DNA of 64,000 nucleotides from Octopus vulgaris (Eukaryota). The stretch is taken from assembly GCA_951406725.2 (NCBI GenBank), contig OX597829.1:12276001-12340000 (forward strand), in the 5' to 3' direction. Position numbers and translations under genes: made by a program. The notes under the pieces were generated by a model. It saw only the letters and a program-made list of their open reading frames with translations. It searched no databases and was not told the origin of the DNA. Shown in pieces: positions 1 through 13,916 of this stretch; the first letter of the stretch is position 1, and every line of letters starts with the position of its first letter.

Positions 1-1289
1 CATAAATACTGAAAACAGCTCAATGCGAAAAACAAGATAATAGGTATCAACACTCAAGCCGTCCCAGTTATAAGTTACAACTACAATATTCTTTACTGGA
101 CTCTAAATGAACTAATCACAATAGAGAGGAAAACAAGAAAAATACTGACATGATTTAGGATACACCACTCAAAATCTGTATATATACAACATATACAGCT
201 AACAAACTATTACAAAATAACCACCATAGGACTACAAAAATACCTACTTCAGAAGTAAGGAAAACTGATACAAATAGCTATAAAACACGAGCAAAATAAA
301 AAAGCTGTTTTCCGTCTTTTAGGAAGCTGACGAATACAAGAAGAAGCCATAGTACCTAACAATTACGAGGAAAAAGAAGAAACAACAGAAACTGTAAAAC
401 AACTGAAGTCCAAAATAAAACTGGAACAGCAGCGGATCATGATTAAACAATGGCAAGAAAGCCCCCTACATGGCAAATATTTGGTTAAGCTAAACATAAA
501 AGAAATGGACAAGCAAAACTCTAACAATGGCTGAGAAGCTCAGGACTTAGAGAAGAGATTGAAGGATTTTTAATTGCAACACAAGACCAAAGCCTCCCCA
601 CCAGAAATCACCAAAAGCACATATTGAAAAGAAACATAAGTAACTGCAGAATATGTGGTGGTAGAGAAGAAAAAAAAATCATATTATCTCTGGCTGCCCA
701 GTCCTGGCTAAGAAGGAATATATTCACAGACCCGACAGAGGTGGAACCTGTATACACTGGAAGTTATGCCAACACTATGGAATAAAAGCAGAAAAAAATG
801 TATGTGCACACAGCAGAAAAATTCACAGGAAATGAGAAACCAGCCATACTCTGGTATATGTCAATAAGCACAGATAGAGAAATTAAGGCCAATAGGCCGG
901 ATATAGTTGTCAGAGATAACCAAGGAAAATGCATTCTAATCGATTTGATGACAACGTTTCTCTAAAAGAAACGGAGAAACTTTCAAAATACAAAGATCCA
1001 GAAATAGAGATAACTCGAATTTGGAGCCTAAAAACGGAAACAATTCCTATTATAGTAGACGCATTAGGTATAATAAAAAACATTCAGACAAATGCACAAC
1101 AAAAACATTAGGATTTGCCATTATAATTAACATACAGAAAATAGCACTACTAGGCACCGCGCACATCCTACGTAAAACACTTTAAATACAGTGAAAATAA
1201 GAGCACCACAACAATCCACAGCACATACCCAAGGCACACAGAGCTGCGCTCGGTAGCACAGTGGAAGCACGTGATAAAAATAAGACTAG

Positions 1290-1290
<1 letters not shown>
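1..1290 (+). mobile_element. R4/Dong-like RLE non-LTR retrotransposon, degenerate 3' portion (runs off window start)
   Basis: Broken frames give CRICG..HIISGC (CCHC knuckle, ~645-700), NRPDIVV (RLE PD motif, ~891-911) and EKLSKYKDPEIEITRIW...IPIIVDALG (ORF 929-1111); ends in (AAT)n. Confidence 0.85.

Positions 1291-1292
<2 letters not shown>

Positions 1293-1359
<67 letters not shown>
1293..1359. repeat. (AAT)n microsatellite, tail/target of upstream RLE element
   Basis: Direct reading. Confidence 0.95.
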
Positions 1360-1364
1360 GCACT

Positions 1365-1747
1365 ATGAACAAAGGAACTTGTCTGTTAGTAGATATGTCT
1401 GTCCCTCGAGATCAAAATGTCTCAAGAAAGTAATACGAAAAGCTTCCTCACTATAAAGATCTGCTAATTGAAATGACAAAAACGCGTACTACGAAAATAC
1501 CAGTAGTAATTGGTGAGTTGGGAATGCTAAAGAAGGGAGCTGAGAAGTATATTAAGCAACTCACTGCTAACTCCGATCTCCGTGAGCTACAAAAGATAAC
1601 CTTGATGAGCACAGCCCATATACTACAGCACTCTCCATCTAAAATGGTGATAATTTTAGCACGCATAGAAAAATAAATATGCCCTTGCTACTCTTGGCCC
1701 CCGGGGTCAAGAGTATCTGAAATAAAGTTATAATGAAAGGAAGCCAT

Positions 1748-1750
<3 letters not shown>
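1365..1750 (+). mobile_element. Short 3' fragment of a second R4/Dong-like element
   Basis: ORF 1473-1676 KIPVVIGELGML...ELQKITLMSTAHIL matches the RLE C-terminal P(V/I)VIGxLG...LQK..L..TA motif; followed by (AAT)n. Confidence 0.75.
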
Positions 1751-1941
<191 letters not shown>

Positions 1942-1959
1942 TCTGTACAAAACAAGCAG

Positions 1960-4260
1960 AACTAGTCATTTCTGTTAGGGAAGTGAAGGAAATCAGAAAA
2001 AAAATGAGCAACTAGAAGGCCCCGGGAGCAGATGGAGTTAAAGGCTACTAGATCAAAAGATTTGTTGAATGTCATGCACGAATAGCTGCGCAACTCAACA
2101 CCATTTAAATCCCGACCAAGTAACACCAGAGTGGTTGACATTGGGTAGGACAGTGCTGTGCCTGGAAAACATCGAAAAAAGCAATACGGTAGACAATTAC
2201 AGGCCGATATCCTGTTTGCCACTTATGTGGAAATTATTAACTGGAATACTCGCAGAGTTAACGTACGGACATTTGGAAAAAATGGAGTCCTGCCACATGA
2301 GCAGAAGGGTTGCAAGCGTAAGTGCAGATGTACCGAGGATCAACTCCTGATAGACAAAACTGTACTTAGAGATTGCAAGAGGGGGAAAAGTAACTTAGCC
2401 ATGTCATGGATCGACTATCGTAAGGTGTACGATATGATCCCACATTCTTGGATTACGGAGTGTATGAAGCTATTTGGTATTACATCCAATGTTGAGTGAT
2501 TGCTTGGAGAAAGTATGGCGAATTGGAGGACGGACCTGACAGCATACGTAAGAAGTTTAGGGACAGTAAAAAATCAGGAGGGGCATCTTCCAAGGGGACT
2601 GCAACTGAGCTTTGTACTGTGCTTGATACCACTAACACTGATTCTGAGGAAAGCAAAAGCTGGGTATGTATTCAAAAGTCGCTAACAAAGAGTCAATCAT
2701 TTGTTATTCATGGACGACCTCAAACTTTATGGTATAGATGAAGCCCAAGTCAGTTCCCTCGTTGATTCAGTGTATACCTTCAGTGCTGATACCAGAATGG
2801 AGTTCGGACTGAGAAAGTGTGATGTATTAGTCTTGAAGAGAGGCAAAATTAAATGTTTGGATGGGCTAACGATACCGTCGGGGGAGGTTATGAAGCAGAT
2901 AGAAGAGACGGGCTATAAGTACTTGGGGATTTTGGAAATGGATAAATTGATGGAGAAAGAAAAGACAGAAAAATTTAAGGTGGAGTACTTGCGCAGACTG
3001 AGACGGATGGAATAAGATCGAAGCTGTCAAAACCTGGGCGGTTTCACTCTTTATATATGGAGCAGGGGTAATCGCATGGACAGTAGACGAACTAAATAGC
3101 CTAGGCAGAAAGACAAGGAAGTTGCTAACTAGATATGGGACACTCCACCCGAAAAGTGACACAGACAGACTGTATGTACCAAAAAGAAAAGAGGGGGAAG
3201 CGGACTTATTAAATGCGAACACAGCATTAGAGCAGAAGAAAACAGCATGCGAACATTAGAGCAGAAGAAAACATCATAGCATGGTATGTAAAAAGTGCCA
3301 CAGAACTACTATTAATAGAAGTAGGAAGGTCAGGCTTGTGTAGGATGAAAGATTACGAAGATAGAGCACTATACAACAAATTGAAAACGAATCAGACTGA
3401 AAATAGGTGGGTAAAGAAAAGAATGCATGGACAATTTCATAGGAATGTTGAAGACAGAAAAAAGATGGCTGTGGATGACGAAAGTGATTTGAAACCGGAA
3501 ACGGAGGCTGTAATCTGTGCTGGCCAAGAGCAAACATTAAGAAGAAACTACATAAAATACAGAATGGACAACAAAGCAGAAATTGATAAGTGCAGAATCT
3601 GTGAACAAAAGATAGTGAAACCGTATGGCATATTACCAGCCAATGTACGTCACTAGCCCAGAAGAAATGTAAGAGACGCCACGACAATATAGCCAGGCTT
3701 GTCCATTGGACTCTTTGCAACAAGTATGGACTTGAGAGAGCAAAAAATTAGCACGACCACAAACCTGAAGGCTTCGTCGAAAATAGAAATGCAAAGCTCC
3801 TATAAGATTTTATGATTCAGGGCGACAATGAGATAAGGAATAGGAAACCAGATATAGTCTTAATTGAGAAAGAAGGCAAATGATGCTGGATCATAGATAT
3901 AGCATGCCCAGCTGACAACAAGGTATGCGATAAGGAAGAAAGAAAAATCGATAGATATGACAGGTTAGCTTGGGAGGGAGGTTAAGCAGTTGTGGTCGAT
4001 GAAAAAGGTAGCAGTAGTACCAATAATTGTCGGAGCCCTGGGAACAGTGAGCAAAAGTCTCGAGAAGTACGTGGAACAAATAGGGTCTGCAATAAGGATG
4101 GAACACTTGCAGAAAACATCACTGCTTGGAACCGCTTGAATATTCTGGAAGGTGCTTGAAAAATAAGAGCTTAGTTCATTGATAGTGAACATCTGACACT
4201 GTAATACATCTCCAGCGTTAGAAGCTGTGCAAAGGCAATAATAATAATAATGATAATGAT
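1960..4260 (+). mobile_element. R4/Dong-like LINE relic with RT and RLE endonuclease, multiple stops and frameshifts
   Basis: [91 protein letters not shown]; (AAT)n tail at ~4237-4260. Confidence 0.92.
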
Positions 4261-4399
4261 TTCTTTCATTGCCCACAAGGACCAAAAACATGGGGGACAA
4301 TATCAAAAGGACGAGGTACAACACACAAAAACGTGGTGAGGTTTTACCTCGATCAAATGGAAACATAAGAGTATCAAAGATTATAACATATGATATATA

Positions 4400-4930
4400 A
4401 ATAGCTGTTAGAGAAATAATAGATGAATAAATAGAATCCTTAAAAACGGGGCCGTATACCTGGGGTAATCCGGTGCAAATCCCATGTAAAAAAACCCGCA
4501 TTGATCATCACTATATGCTCGGCGGACAGATGGATTTGTCTTACACGAGACAGCAATTGCTGTATACAAGCCCACAAGTCTCTAATGCACGACACTGAAC
4601 AATTGCTGTCAGGACGGTTTCGTCCCCTAGCATGCATCTGAGGCAGGTCGGCTGATAAGCACTTCCATGCATGAAGAGCTTGTCTCGAACAGTCAATTTC
4701 ACCCCACCACCGCTGTAGCACTGCCATGCTAAAGACTTTTGAAAATTGTCTATGATCTCCCGAAAGTTCTCCGGATTTTTCTTGTCGATGCTTAGAGTTA
4801 ATCTTAGGGTATCGTTGCTCATGCCCTCTGTTAGCTCCTTAAAGAAATCTTAAGTTGTTTTCCCGCTGACGGTTTTGTTTATGTGCCACAGTGTAGTGAG
4901 TGTCTGATAACATTCTAGAGGCCCAATGCC
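4400..4930 (-). mobile_element. L1/Tx1-like LINE 3' fragment (zf-RVT region)
   Basis: ORF 4541-4822 KSLAWQCY...LTVRDKLFMHG...PTCLRCMLGDETVLTAIVQC resembles the zf-RVT W..L.V...L....CP.C...ET..H....C motif. Confidence 0.6.
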
Positions 4931-5379
4931 CAATCTTGGTCTACGTTTGACCCACGATTGCAGCTCCGTCAATGAGATGAGCTGCAGAAAGACGTGTCAC
5001 ACGAAGGAATCCTACACAAGTCACCTTCGTTTCCGTCGCCGTCGTTCACATCATCGCAGTGATGTGGATATTTCTATAGGTGCAGCAGCCTCAACGCGTG
5101 ACGCCGCATCATCAAGGATGGTATCGAAAGGTCACCACAGCGTGAGTGTTGAAAGCAGATGGTTTTTCTGACCAGCGGAATCTAAAAATACGTAGTTTTC
5201 GAAAAATGAAGAATTTGTTGTCCTTGTTGATGACGAAGTAATTTCTTAAAAGATTATTATTTCTATAGAAACATTGCAAAGATTAAACATGTTTATTTCG
5301 CTGAAGTTAAACTGCAGAGAAACAACGTGTATTACAACACTCAGACCTACGTGGTTTGGTGAATTTTAATTTTTTTATC

Positions 5380-5765
5380 TTTTACCTTTTACTCGATACA
5401 GTTATTAGACTGCGGCCATGCTGTAGCACCGCCTCGAAGAATTTTTTAGTCGAATGAATCGAACTCATATTTATTTTTTGTTAAGCCTGGTACTTATCTG
5501 ATCGATTTTTTATTGCAGAACCGCCAGGTTACGGAGACATAAGCACACTAACACCGCTTAGTCAAGCGTTGTTTGACTAAAACCGGTTGTTTGACACACA
5601 CACACACACGCGCGTGCGCGCGCGCACACACACACACACAACAGGCTTTTTTCAGTTTCCGTCTACCAAATCCAAGCACAAGGCTTTGATTGATCAAATG
5701 CTATAATGGGATAACACTTACCCAAGGTGCCACGCAGTGGAACTGAGCTTTACACCTGCACCTAT
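5380..5765 (-). mobile_element. tRNA-derived SINE-like repeat
   Basis: Shares blocks (gactgcggccatgctg..gcaccgcc, cagtttccgtctaccaaatcca, cccaaggtgccacgcagtgg) with many other copies in the window. Confidence 0.75.
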
Positions 5766-6097
5766 ATCCGCACAGTTGCGCCTGTGCCTAAGTTATTTGT
5801 AATTTTAAATTTCGTGTAACATTTACTGGATTACGACGTCACAGATTACTTATTTTTAATAGAGGAATCACTTGTCCTCTGCATTTATGATACCGAGAGT
5901 GGCGATTAAGTACATTTGTAACTCCGTCGAAGTAAATGCTAAACAATGTTTCTATGCAAAAGCATCAGTTTCTCGATTTTTTATCTAAAGTTTTCAACGT
6001 TTACAGATGTTCATCCACGTGGAAACAATTGTCATAACATAAAATACAATAAGTATTAAATTTATTATTTTATAAATCATGAAAGACGATAAAAGTA

Positions 6098-6480
6098 AGA
6101 GTGGCCGTGTGGTAAGAAGTTTGCTTCCCAACCACATGGTTCCAGCTGCACTCCTAATGCATTACATCTTGGGCTTCTACTATATCCTCTGACAGAATAA
6201 AGATTTGTGAGTGGATTTGGTAGAAGGAAGCTGAAAGATGCCCGTTGTATAAATATATGCGTGTGTGTCTTTGTGTCTGTGTTTGTTCCCCACCAGCGTT
6301 AGTGTGTTTACGTCTTCGTAATTTAGCGGTCCAGCAAAAGAACACGACAGAATAAGTATCAAGCTAAAAAAACACATCATAAACTCTGGGATTGAATAAT
6401 TCGACTAAAATTTCTTCAAGGCGGTGCCCCAGCATGGCCACAGTCTGCTGAAAGAAACAAGTAAAAGATAAAAGATAAAG
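6098..6480 (+). mobile_element. tRNA-derived SINE-like repeat
   Basis: A-box-like head gtggccgtgtggtaagaag...catggttc; gtgagtggatttggtaga block; ends aagtaaaagataaaagataa. Confidence 0.75.
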
Positions 6481-6647
6481 ATTCAACATATAAATTATTT
6501 TAGCCGCAATACAATAACATTTTCTATTTTTTTACGAAAAGAGGTTATCTCAAATCACTTGGAAGCTAGAGGCGTTTTTACGAGCAATAAATTAGCTCCG
6601 ACCAAAATGAAGAGGTTAATTATAGCAAGCCGTTACTTAACTGAAAC

Positions 6648-6800
6648 GCAGGCGTGTCTGTGCGGTAAGAAATTTGATTCCCAGCTACATGGTTCAGGAT
6701 TCAGTCTCACTGCGTGGCACCTTAGTTAAGTATCTTCTACTATAGCCTCGGGCTTGTGAGTGGATTTGGTAGACGGAAACTTAAAGAAGGCCGTCGTATA
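6648..6800 (+). mobile_element. SINE 5' part
   Basis: gcaggcgtgtctgtgcggtaagaa...ggttcaggattcagtc (A/B-box-like) then gtgagtggatttggtagacggaaac. Confidence 0.7.
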
Positions 6801-6895
6801 TATATATATGTATGTGTGTGTGTGGATGTGTGTGTGTATAAACACACACACAAGCACACACACACATATATATGTGTGTACGTGCGTATGTGTTC

Positions 6896-6924
<29 letters not shown>

Positions 6925-6927
<3 letters not shown>

Positions 6928-7270
6928 GGGCTCCCCCAGATTTTCCCACTCCCACCCCCTCTCCACATCAGCCTCCTTCTTCTTCTCCTACCCTACCAAG
7001 AACTCACAACGACCCCGAACACACAAGTGCAAACAAGGGAGTCAGAGAAAGGCAGAATGCCACTCATATCTGAACACTACTATAGAAATATTCCTTTAAA
7101 AAAACTTTTCTTCTAAGTTTTCTAAATTTAATTATTTAATCGTTACAGTTGAAAAGGTCTCAAAATGACCGAAACCAGTACTGAAAGATTCACTATAAAA
7201 TTATCTTAGCATTTTCTATTTTTGACTTGTTTTTTCATATATATCAACTCGTATGTTCCTTTCCACCCTT
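6925..7270 (+). mobile_element. Solo pseudo-LTR of the Neptune-type PLE family at 58.7-62.3 kb
   Basis: Near-identical to 62047-62300 (ccctaccaag..tcacaacgacc.cgaac...agagaaaggcagaa...gttgaaaaggtctcaaaat.accgaaacc.gtactgaaa); flanked by (TA)n. Confidence 0.85.
7143..7186 (+). ncRNA. Minimal type-I hammerhead ribozyme, U3-A8 core variant
   Basis: cag-TTGAAAA-GGTC(tcaaaat)GACC-GAAAC-CA-GTA-ctg. Confidence 0.75.
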
Positions 7271-7296
7271 ATACATACATATATATATATATATAT

Positions 7297-8385
7297 ATAA
7301 ATGGAGTTAAATGCAGGTTGTTATTCAAATTCTTTTACTTCCGACACATGTTTCGAAGATATCACTGGTATTACTCCAAAGGAATAAAATGATGTAAAAC
7401 AATGTAATATTCTCTTTAGGGAAATAAAGAAATGAAACTCGTCAATAAGACATTTTAACAGAAAATGATGGATATGTATAGTGATTAATTGAATGCTATT
7501 AAGTTTTTTAAAAAAATGTTAGAGAATATAACGTCAAAGGTAGCCTATAGAAAGAGGAGAGGTAAAGGAAAGAAAAAGCCAAATAAATGAGAAGTATATG
7601 ATGGTATGTAAATTAAATAAAACCATAAAGTCTTGGAAAAAGATATATCTAGTCAATGTGAAATGTAAGAAAAAATTAATGTTTAAATTAATTAATATAA
7701 TGATGGATATCATTTATATGAAGTATAGGTGTATATTTGCCAATATTTACATCGGTATGAACGTTCTATAACAGTGTTTACAAGGGGATTTTTAGAAAAA
7801 AAGATAAAAAATAGTTCAGAATTACTGAGAAGACAGAATTCCTTGCCTTTATCATAAGGGATCGAAATTGAGAGAATCAACCAATCTAAATTAAATTGTT
7901 TATTGTGATCTTTTAGATACCAAATTAATTTATTAAACCCTGTGCTGTTACGTTTATTCCTATCTCTAAATGTAGAGTAATTATTAGAAATTCTTTTAGA
8001 TAACTGAAAAGATGAACAACCTATATAAAAAATACATCGGTACCTGAAGTAATTTTACACTGGTATATAGAATTTTTAATTTTAGAGTTACTTAACATAA
8101 ACTTGATTCTGTTGTAATTGTCTTCAGATACAATAAACTTGTTATTAATATTTCTAGGGGAATGGGTGGTATTAGCTAAATTAATGTTAGAATTAGTAAA
8201 TATATCCCTATTTAACAGGCTAATATTATGTGGGGAGATAATTTGTAAGTGATTTTTGTGTTGGAAAAAGCAATCCTAACCGTGTGTGAGTTGATAATAG
8301 ATAAATACCTAAAATTCTATGGAAAATTCCTAATAATAGCTTCACGAAACTGCAAAGGAAGATTAGATAAACAAGCGAAAAATGC
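7297..8385 (-). mobile_element. Naiad-type PLE 3' fragment (GIY-YIG endonuclease plus pLTR), degenerate
   Basis: Minus-strand translation IKNSIYQCKITSGT..FFYIGCSS...LIWYLKDH...PYDKGKEFC..NSELF...ERSYRC, homologous to ORF 26851-27714. Confidence 0.8.
7339..7423 (-). ncRNA. Decayed hammerhead (G5A) in PLE pLTR
   Basis: Minus strand: ttcc-CTAAAGA-GAATATTAC...GTGATATCTTC-GAAAC-ATGT-GTC-ggaa. Confidence 0.6.
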
Positions 8386-8389
8386 ACGC

Positions 8390-8630
<241 letters not shown>

Positions 8631-8678
8631 TATATACACACATACATACACATACATACATAAATACACACACACACA

Positions 8679-8715
<37 letters not shown>

Positions 8716-9196
8716 TTGTGTGTGTGTGTGTGTGCATGTCTCTGTGTGGTGTTTGCCTTCCACCACCGCTTTACAAGCAGTGTTGATGTGTTTACATCCC
8801 CATAACTTAGCGGTCATGCTAATGCATCACATTGAAAGGTTCTAGTCGAACGAATACACCCAAGGTCTTATTCATTTAAGCCTAGTACTTATTGTATGTG
8901 ACACTTTTGCTGAATCGCTATTTTACGGGGAAGTAAACGCCGGTTGTCAACTAGTGGCAAGGTACAAGCATACGCACACAAACACAGACACACACACGCA
9001 CACACACACGTACACACGTACACACACATACACACTATCTCTCTCTTTCACACATACACACATACGATGGAGTTCTTTCTCTCTTTCTTTTAAGGGAATC
9101 TGCTCAAAATGATTTAGTCGGCCAGAGACTGAGTACTACTTAATATAGACACAGTATTGTGCAATGGTTGCCAAAAAATGAAAACCATAATTGTCA

Positions 9197-9232
<36 letters not shown>

Positions 9233-9528
9233 TTAGAAATTTCTGTCGGTTTTTTTCGAGTAGTGTGCGGATTGTGATAAATTATATGGTAATGGACAAT
9301 ATGTCTAATATTCGGCATATTTGGCATTAGAAATTTTTTCGTTTGCCCTTATTTATAAGTTGTATATATACAGTATTCCTCGTAACATACACGTTGGTAC
9401 AAGGGATAAATATGTATTCACATTCAGCTGTGTAAATGTTGGAAGTATTGGTTGGATATCTGTTGCGCAATGAGGCTCCATCGTGTACATATTTAACACT
9501 AGCACTACCAAATTCTATATTCGGAATA

Positions 9529-9590
9529 CTACACTGATGATGAGAAATAAGTAAGTAAAAAAATACTTTAATCTCGAAACGCGTATGTGG
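9529..9590 (+). ncRNA. Minimal type-I hammerhead ribozyme, canonical core
   Basis: ctaca-CTGATGA-t-GAGA...TCTC-GAAAC-GC-GTA-tgtgg, inside a ~540-bp non-coding unit between (TA)n tracts. Confidence 0.75.
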
Positions 9591-10016
9591 CTAATCGGGG
9601 TCGTGTGGATTCATTATTTTTCTTTTTGCCTACGTAAAAAAGTGTGTTACTGTCTTGTAGATTCTTAGGCTAGCAGAACAGGAATTTTTAACTCCTATTT
9701 CTAAATTCGGTATGTGGTGAAGCAAATAATCTGACTTCTAATTATAATTATGTTTATAGTTATAGAATATATATATATAAATGGAGTTAAACGCAGTTGT
9801 TATTCAAATATTTATACTACCTTATTTGAATAACACCATTAACTCCATTTATTTATTTATCTATGTGATAGATAAATCATTTCACCAAAACCTGGAATTT
9901 CTCCCTTAATAAGTAAGCTGTTACCTTCTTGGTACTTGTGAATTTTTATCCTGGTAACTATTTATTATTTTTTTCCCGATTATTTGTAAACACTGACAAA
10001 ATACACATACATTTAT

Positions 10017-10890
10017 GATTGATTGATTGATTGATTGATTCTAGTTTCAGCTCATGAGCTGTGGCCATGCTGGGGCACCGCCATTTGGTGTTGCTACTTG
10101 GTTTTACTTCACGAAAGCTTTTTAGCAACTGCCATTTGGTGCATGAGAGAGTTCGATGCAGCTGCCCTCATCTGCACCTCCTGCCGTGAAGTTGGTTCAT
10201 CTGGGACACCTGACAGGAAGAGATCCAGTTCCATTTTAAAGACATCTGCATCCACCCCATGCAGGTCTCTCAGGTTCTTCGGGAGGATATTGAAGAGCTG
10301 TGGGCCACGGAAGCCCAGGCTATCACAGTATCTTGTCCTACATCTTGATGGCAAATTTGGAGTCCTAGGCACCACGCAGTGGCGCCCAGTTCTGGCATTT
10401 GTGTAACTCTCGATGCCAAAGTTTGGGACACGTCCCTCCAGGATCTTCCAGATGTATATTATGGCATATCTTTCCCGCCTACGCTCCAAGGAATATAGTT
10501 TTAATCTCTTGAGTCTTTCCCAGTAGCTTACATTCTGCATAGAGGCTATCTTCTTCGTGTAGCTACGCTGGATCGCCTCGAGCTCTGTGATCAACTTGAC
10601 ACTGGATGGTGACCATAACTGAGAGCAATAGGACAAGTGTCCTCCAGAGGACCATCATGGTTTCTTGTTCTAAAGGTTCTGAGAATCCATCCAGCCAGCC
10701 GTCTACATTTTATTGCCAGTTTAGCAACATGTACATGAAAGGTCGCGTCATCACTCATGTGAATACCCAGGTCACGCACTGATTGTGCCTCTGGGATTGC
10801 AATCCCTCCGGGTCCAGTGTATTCATTGGGTGTTGCATTCAGTTTTGCATGCTGATAGTATAAAGCTTGAAACTTTTCAGCATTGAACTG
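10017..10890 (-). mobile_element. CR1/L2-group LINE 3' fragment with (AATC)n tail
   Basis: VRDLGIHMSDD..F..HV, YCSQLWSP, ELEAIQRSYTKKI, SYWERLKRLKLYSLERRRER, LFNILP..LR, FKMELDLFL. Confidence 0.9.
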
Positions 10891-10914
10891 TATATATATA
10901 TATATATTATATAT

Positions 10915-11074
10915 TTCATTTTTGGATTTGGTTTGCAAGATTCTTTATATGAGTTCGTGTGTTGAAGTATATTCTGTTGTTTCTTGGGAGAGTCATTTTT
11001 TTGTGCCTTATAATATAACAAGAATATAAGAAGAAGAAGAAGAAGAAGAAAAAGAAGGAGAAGAAGAAGAAAAA

Positions 11075-11128
<54 letters not shown>

Positions 11129-11245
11129 GAAGAAGAAGAAGAAGAAGAAGAAAAAGAAGAAGAAGAAGAAGAAATTTCCACTTTTTTCTTATTTTTATTG
11201 TCCTAAAAGTTTCGTTGCGTCTTGCAACCTTTTGACTCTGTCCGT
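10915..11245. mobile_element. PLE-pLTR-like repeat (same family as 38935-39200) interrupted by (AAG)n/(AAT)n
   Basis: tttgcaagattctttatatgagttcgtg...ttgtgcctt and aaatttccacttttttcttatttttatt shared with 38935-39120. Confidence 0.7.
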
Positions 11246-11970
11246 TATTTTGACTGTCCGTTATTTACACTGCGTTCCCTTTTGTTTGTTTGTGCGCATG
11301 TTTGTGGGTCAGTGTGTGTGTGCCTATACATGCATGCATGTACGTATGTATGTGTGTGTTTGCATGTGTATGTATATATGTGTGTGTATGCATATGTATA
11401 TATGTATGTATGTGTGTGCATCTGTATGTACGTATCCTGCATATTTATGTGCTTGCATGTCCGTGTTTGTGTATTTTCTATGTATGTGTGTGTGAGCATG
11501 TGTTTGTATATGTATGCACCTCTGTCTCCTTGTGTGTGCATGTCTGTGTGTGTGTGTGTATGTGTTATGAAACTATGTACCATGTTTGTATGTATGGATG
11601 CGCATCTTTATGTGTGGATTCGTGTCTCCATATGTGTCTGTTCTTAGAGCCTATATACCTATCCGTCTGTGTATTGATCTGTTTATTTTCATATCTATAT
11701 GCTTACATACAGAAAAAAGTGCATGCGCACACACACTCACACCCACGTACTTACATACATTTATCTACCTAACAGTCCCCTAACTATTCTACTCTACCTG
11801 AGTAAACTGTGGGTATGGAGGTATGGTATTTACTGTGTATATTTCCTATTTAGTATTGAGGAGGTTTCATTTATAAGGACGTATTTATAAGGTAATTGGG
11901 TCAACTTGACATCCGCATCTTATCCAAGCGGTCAAAAGACCCAACACTCAGACAAATACGGGAGTACGGT

Positions 11971-12085
11971 CTCTTCTTCTTCTTCTTCTTCTTCTTCTTC
12001 TTCTTCTTCTTCTTCTTCTTCTTCTTCTTCTTCTTCTTCTTCTTCTTCTTCTTCTTCTTCTTCTTCTTCTTCTTCTTCTTCTTCT
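11971..12085. repeat. (CTT)n microsatellite
   Basis: Direct reading. Confidence 0.97.
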
Positions 12086-13159
12086 AGTTGGTCCTTGAAT
12101 CTTCAAAAAAGGGCAACTCTTTGGTCTTTTCCCTGAAGTGCTCTCGCTAAATAAGACGTGAAATGGAGTGGGAACCTTGACTCTTCCATTTGTGCTGCAT
12201 GCCCTGACCATGAAGGTCAAAGTAAATTTTGTGCAGAGTTTAACTTTGTACGTGAATGAACGGCACTGGAAGCTGCAAGGTTTAACCTGCTTTCCGGTGT
12301 TCCCTTATTTTTTGTCCATTCTACAGATTCCTAAGGCTCCATTAACTTTACTTTTTCTCGGGAGAGTTATAACTGATTAAACAGACCTCAGATAGATATT
12401 AGTTTATCGATCTCCCTTGCCCCACTCAAGTTATAATAAGCTGCTCCCTGTGGATTTGAACTCAAAACAATACGAACAAAATGTAAACGCACCGTAACAT
12501 TCTCTTAATCTATTTATCTTTTATGCCACTTTAACACTTGCTTGGTTCCTTAATATTGAACAACCTTCGTATTAAGTTAATTATTTAGGCCTTAGTTTAC
12601 AAGTAGGAAATTGGTAACTAACATTGGAAACCTTAGGGGATTCTTGTTCGTTCAGACTGAAATGTGAAAAGTCTGAAGATAGCAGATAGATTATATGACT
12701 CGCTTCAGTATGATGCATCATTAGGATCGAAAAATAGAATAGGTTATATGAACTAGAATTAATCAATTGAAATTAATCAATAACTATAGTTAAATGACGC
12801 CGGCTACAATGAGTAACATAAAAACAAATGAACTAGTTCAGTAGCATTCGTGATTGTTTATATACTAAAAAAAAGCGGGCGAATGCTCTAGGGATTGAAA
12901 CGATAATGCTAACCTTTATAATGTCAGTGCGTTTATCTAAGCAACAGCTGAAAGAGACAGAAAAGAATCATTCGATAAACGACATATATTTATTTCCAGA
13001 GTTGTTATTCCGGATGACTCGGCCAATTAATATCCAGTATGTTGGTCAGCCGAGGGATTGCCTGTGTATGAGAAGTCTCAATATAGGCTAATCATTGCGG
13101 GCGTTAATTAGACGAGTTTAAAGTTTAATACAGAGAAAAAACTTTTATTATTATAATTA

Positions 13160-13191
<32 letters not shown>

Positions 13192-13916
13192 GATGTTGTT
13201 GTTGTTGTTGTTGTTGCTGCTGCTGTTATTGTTCTCGTTGTTTTCGTTGTTATATACGTTGTTTCTACAATCATCAGATGACGTAATTCACACATGCGCA
13301 TCATACGCATTCGAATCATAATTGGTTGACCTTAATTTATGTTGTTCTATGCACACATACAGACATGCACACTCACACATGTACATTCATACGCCCACGC
13401 GAATACAATAAAGCACGTTGTTACAAATATGCTCACACACACCCAGACATTTATATTATCCTAATGTTTAAACATTAATCCTTTTCACTAGTACCAAGAC
13501 CGAGAGCATACTCACGTATAATTGCCCAGAAAGATACCACATAAGAAAATAAACTGTCGCACTTTTTAAGTACTTGTATTGTCCTCAACGACCTTGCTTA
13601 CAAATGTATGACGGCATAGTTCCATGATTGGTGCCTTTGTTCCAATATCGATATCGTTTGTATCGGCTTGTCGATTAATCTCATGCACCAGATCATTAAG
13701 TACGGCGCACATCGTGGACAATGATATATACATACTTACATTTATGCATACATACATACACGCATACAAACATACATACATACGTACACACACACATACA
13801 CACTCACACACACACACATATATATATATATATAAACGCACACACACACACACACACACACACAAATGAAATAAAGTTATTTTATTCTACACGGTTAGAA
13901 ATATAGAAAAATAGGA

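Noticed and set aside
13255-13282. Minus-strand CTGATGA-ttgta-GAAAC hammerhead-like motif
   Set aside because: No stem II and stem I does not pair; probably chance
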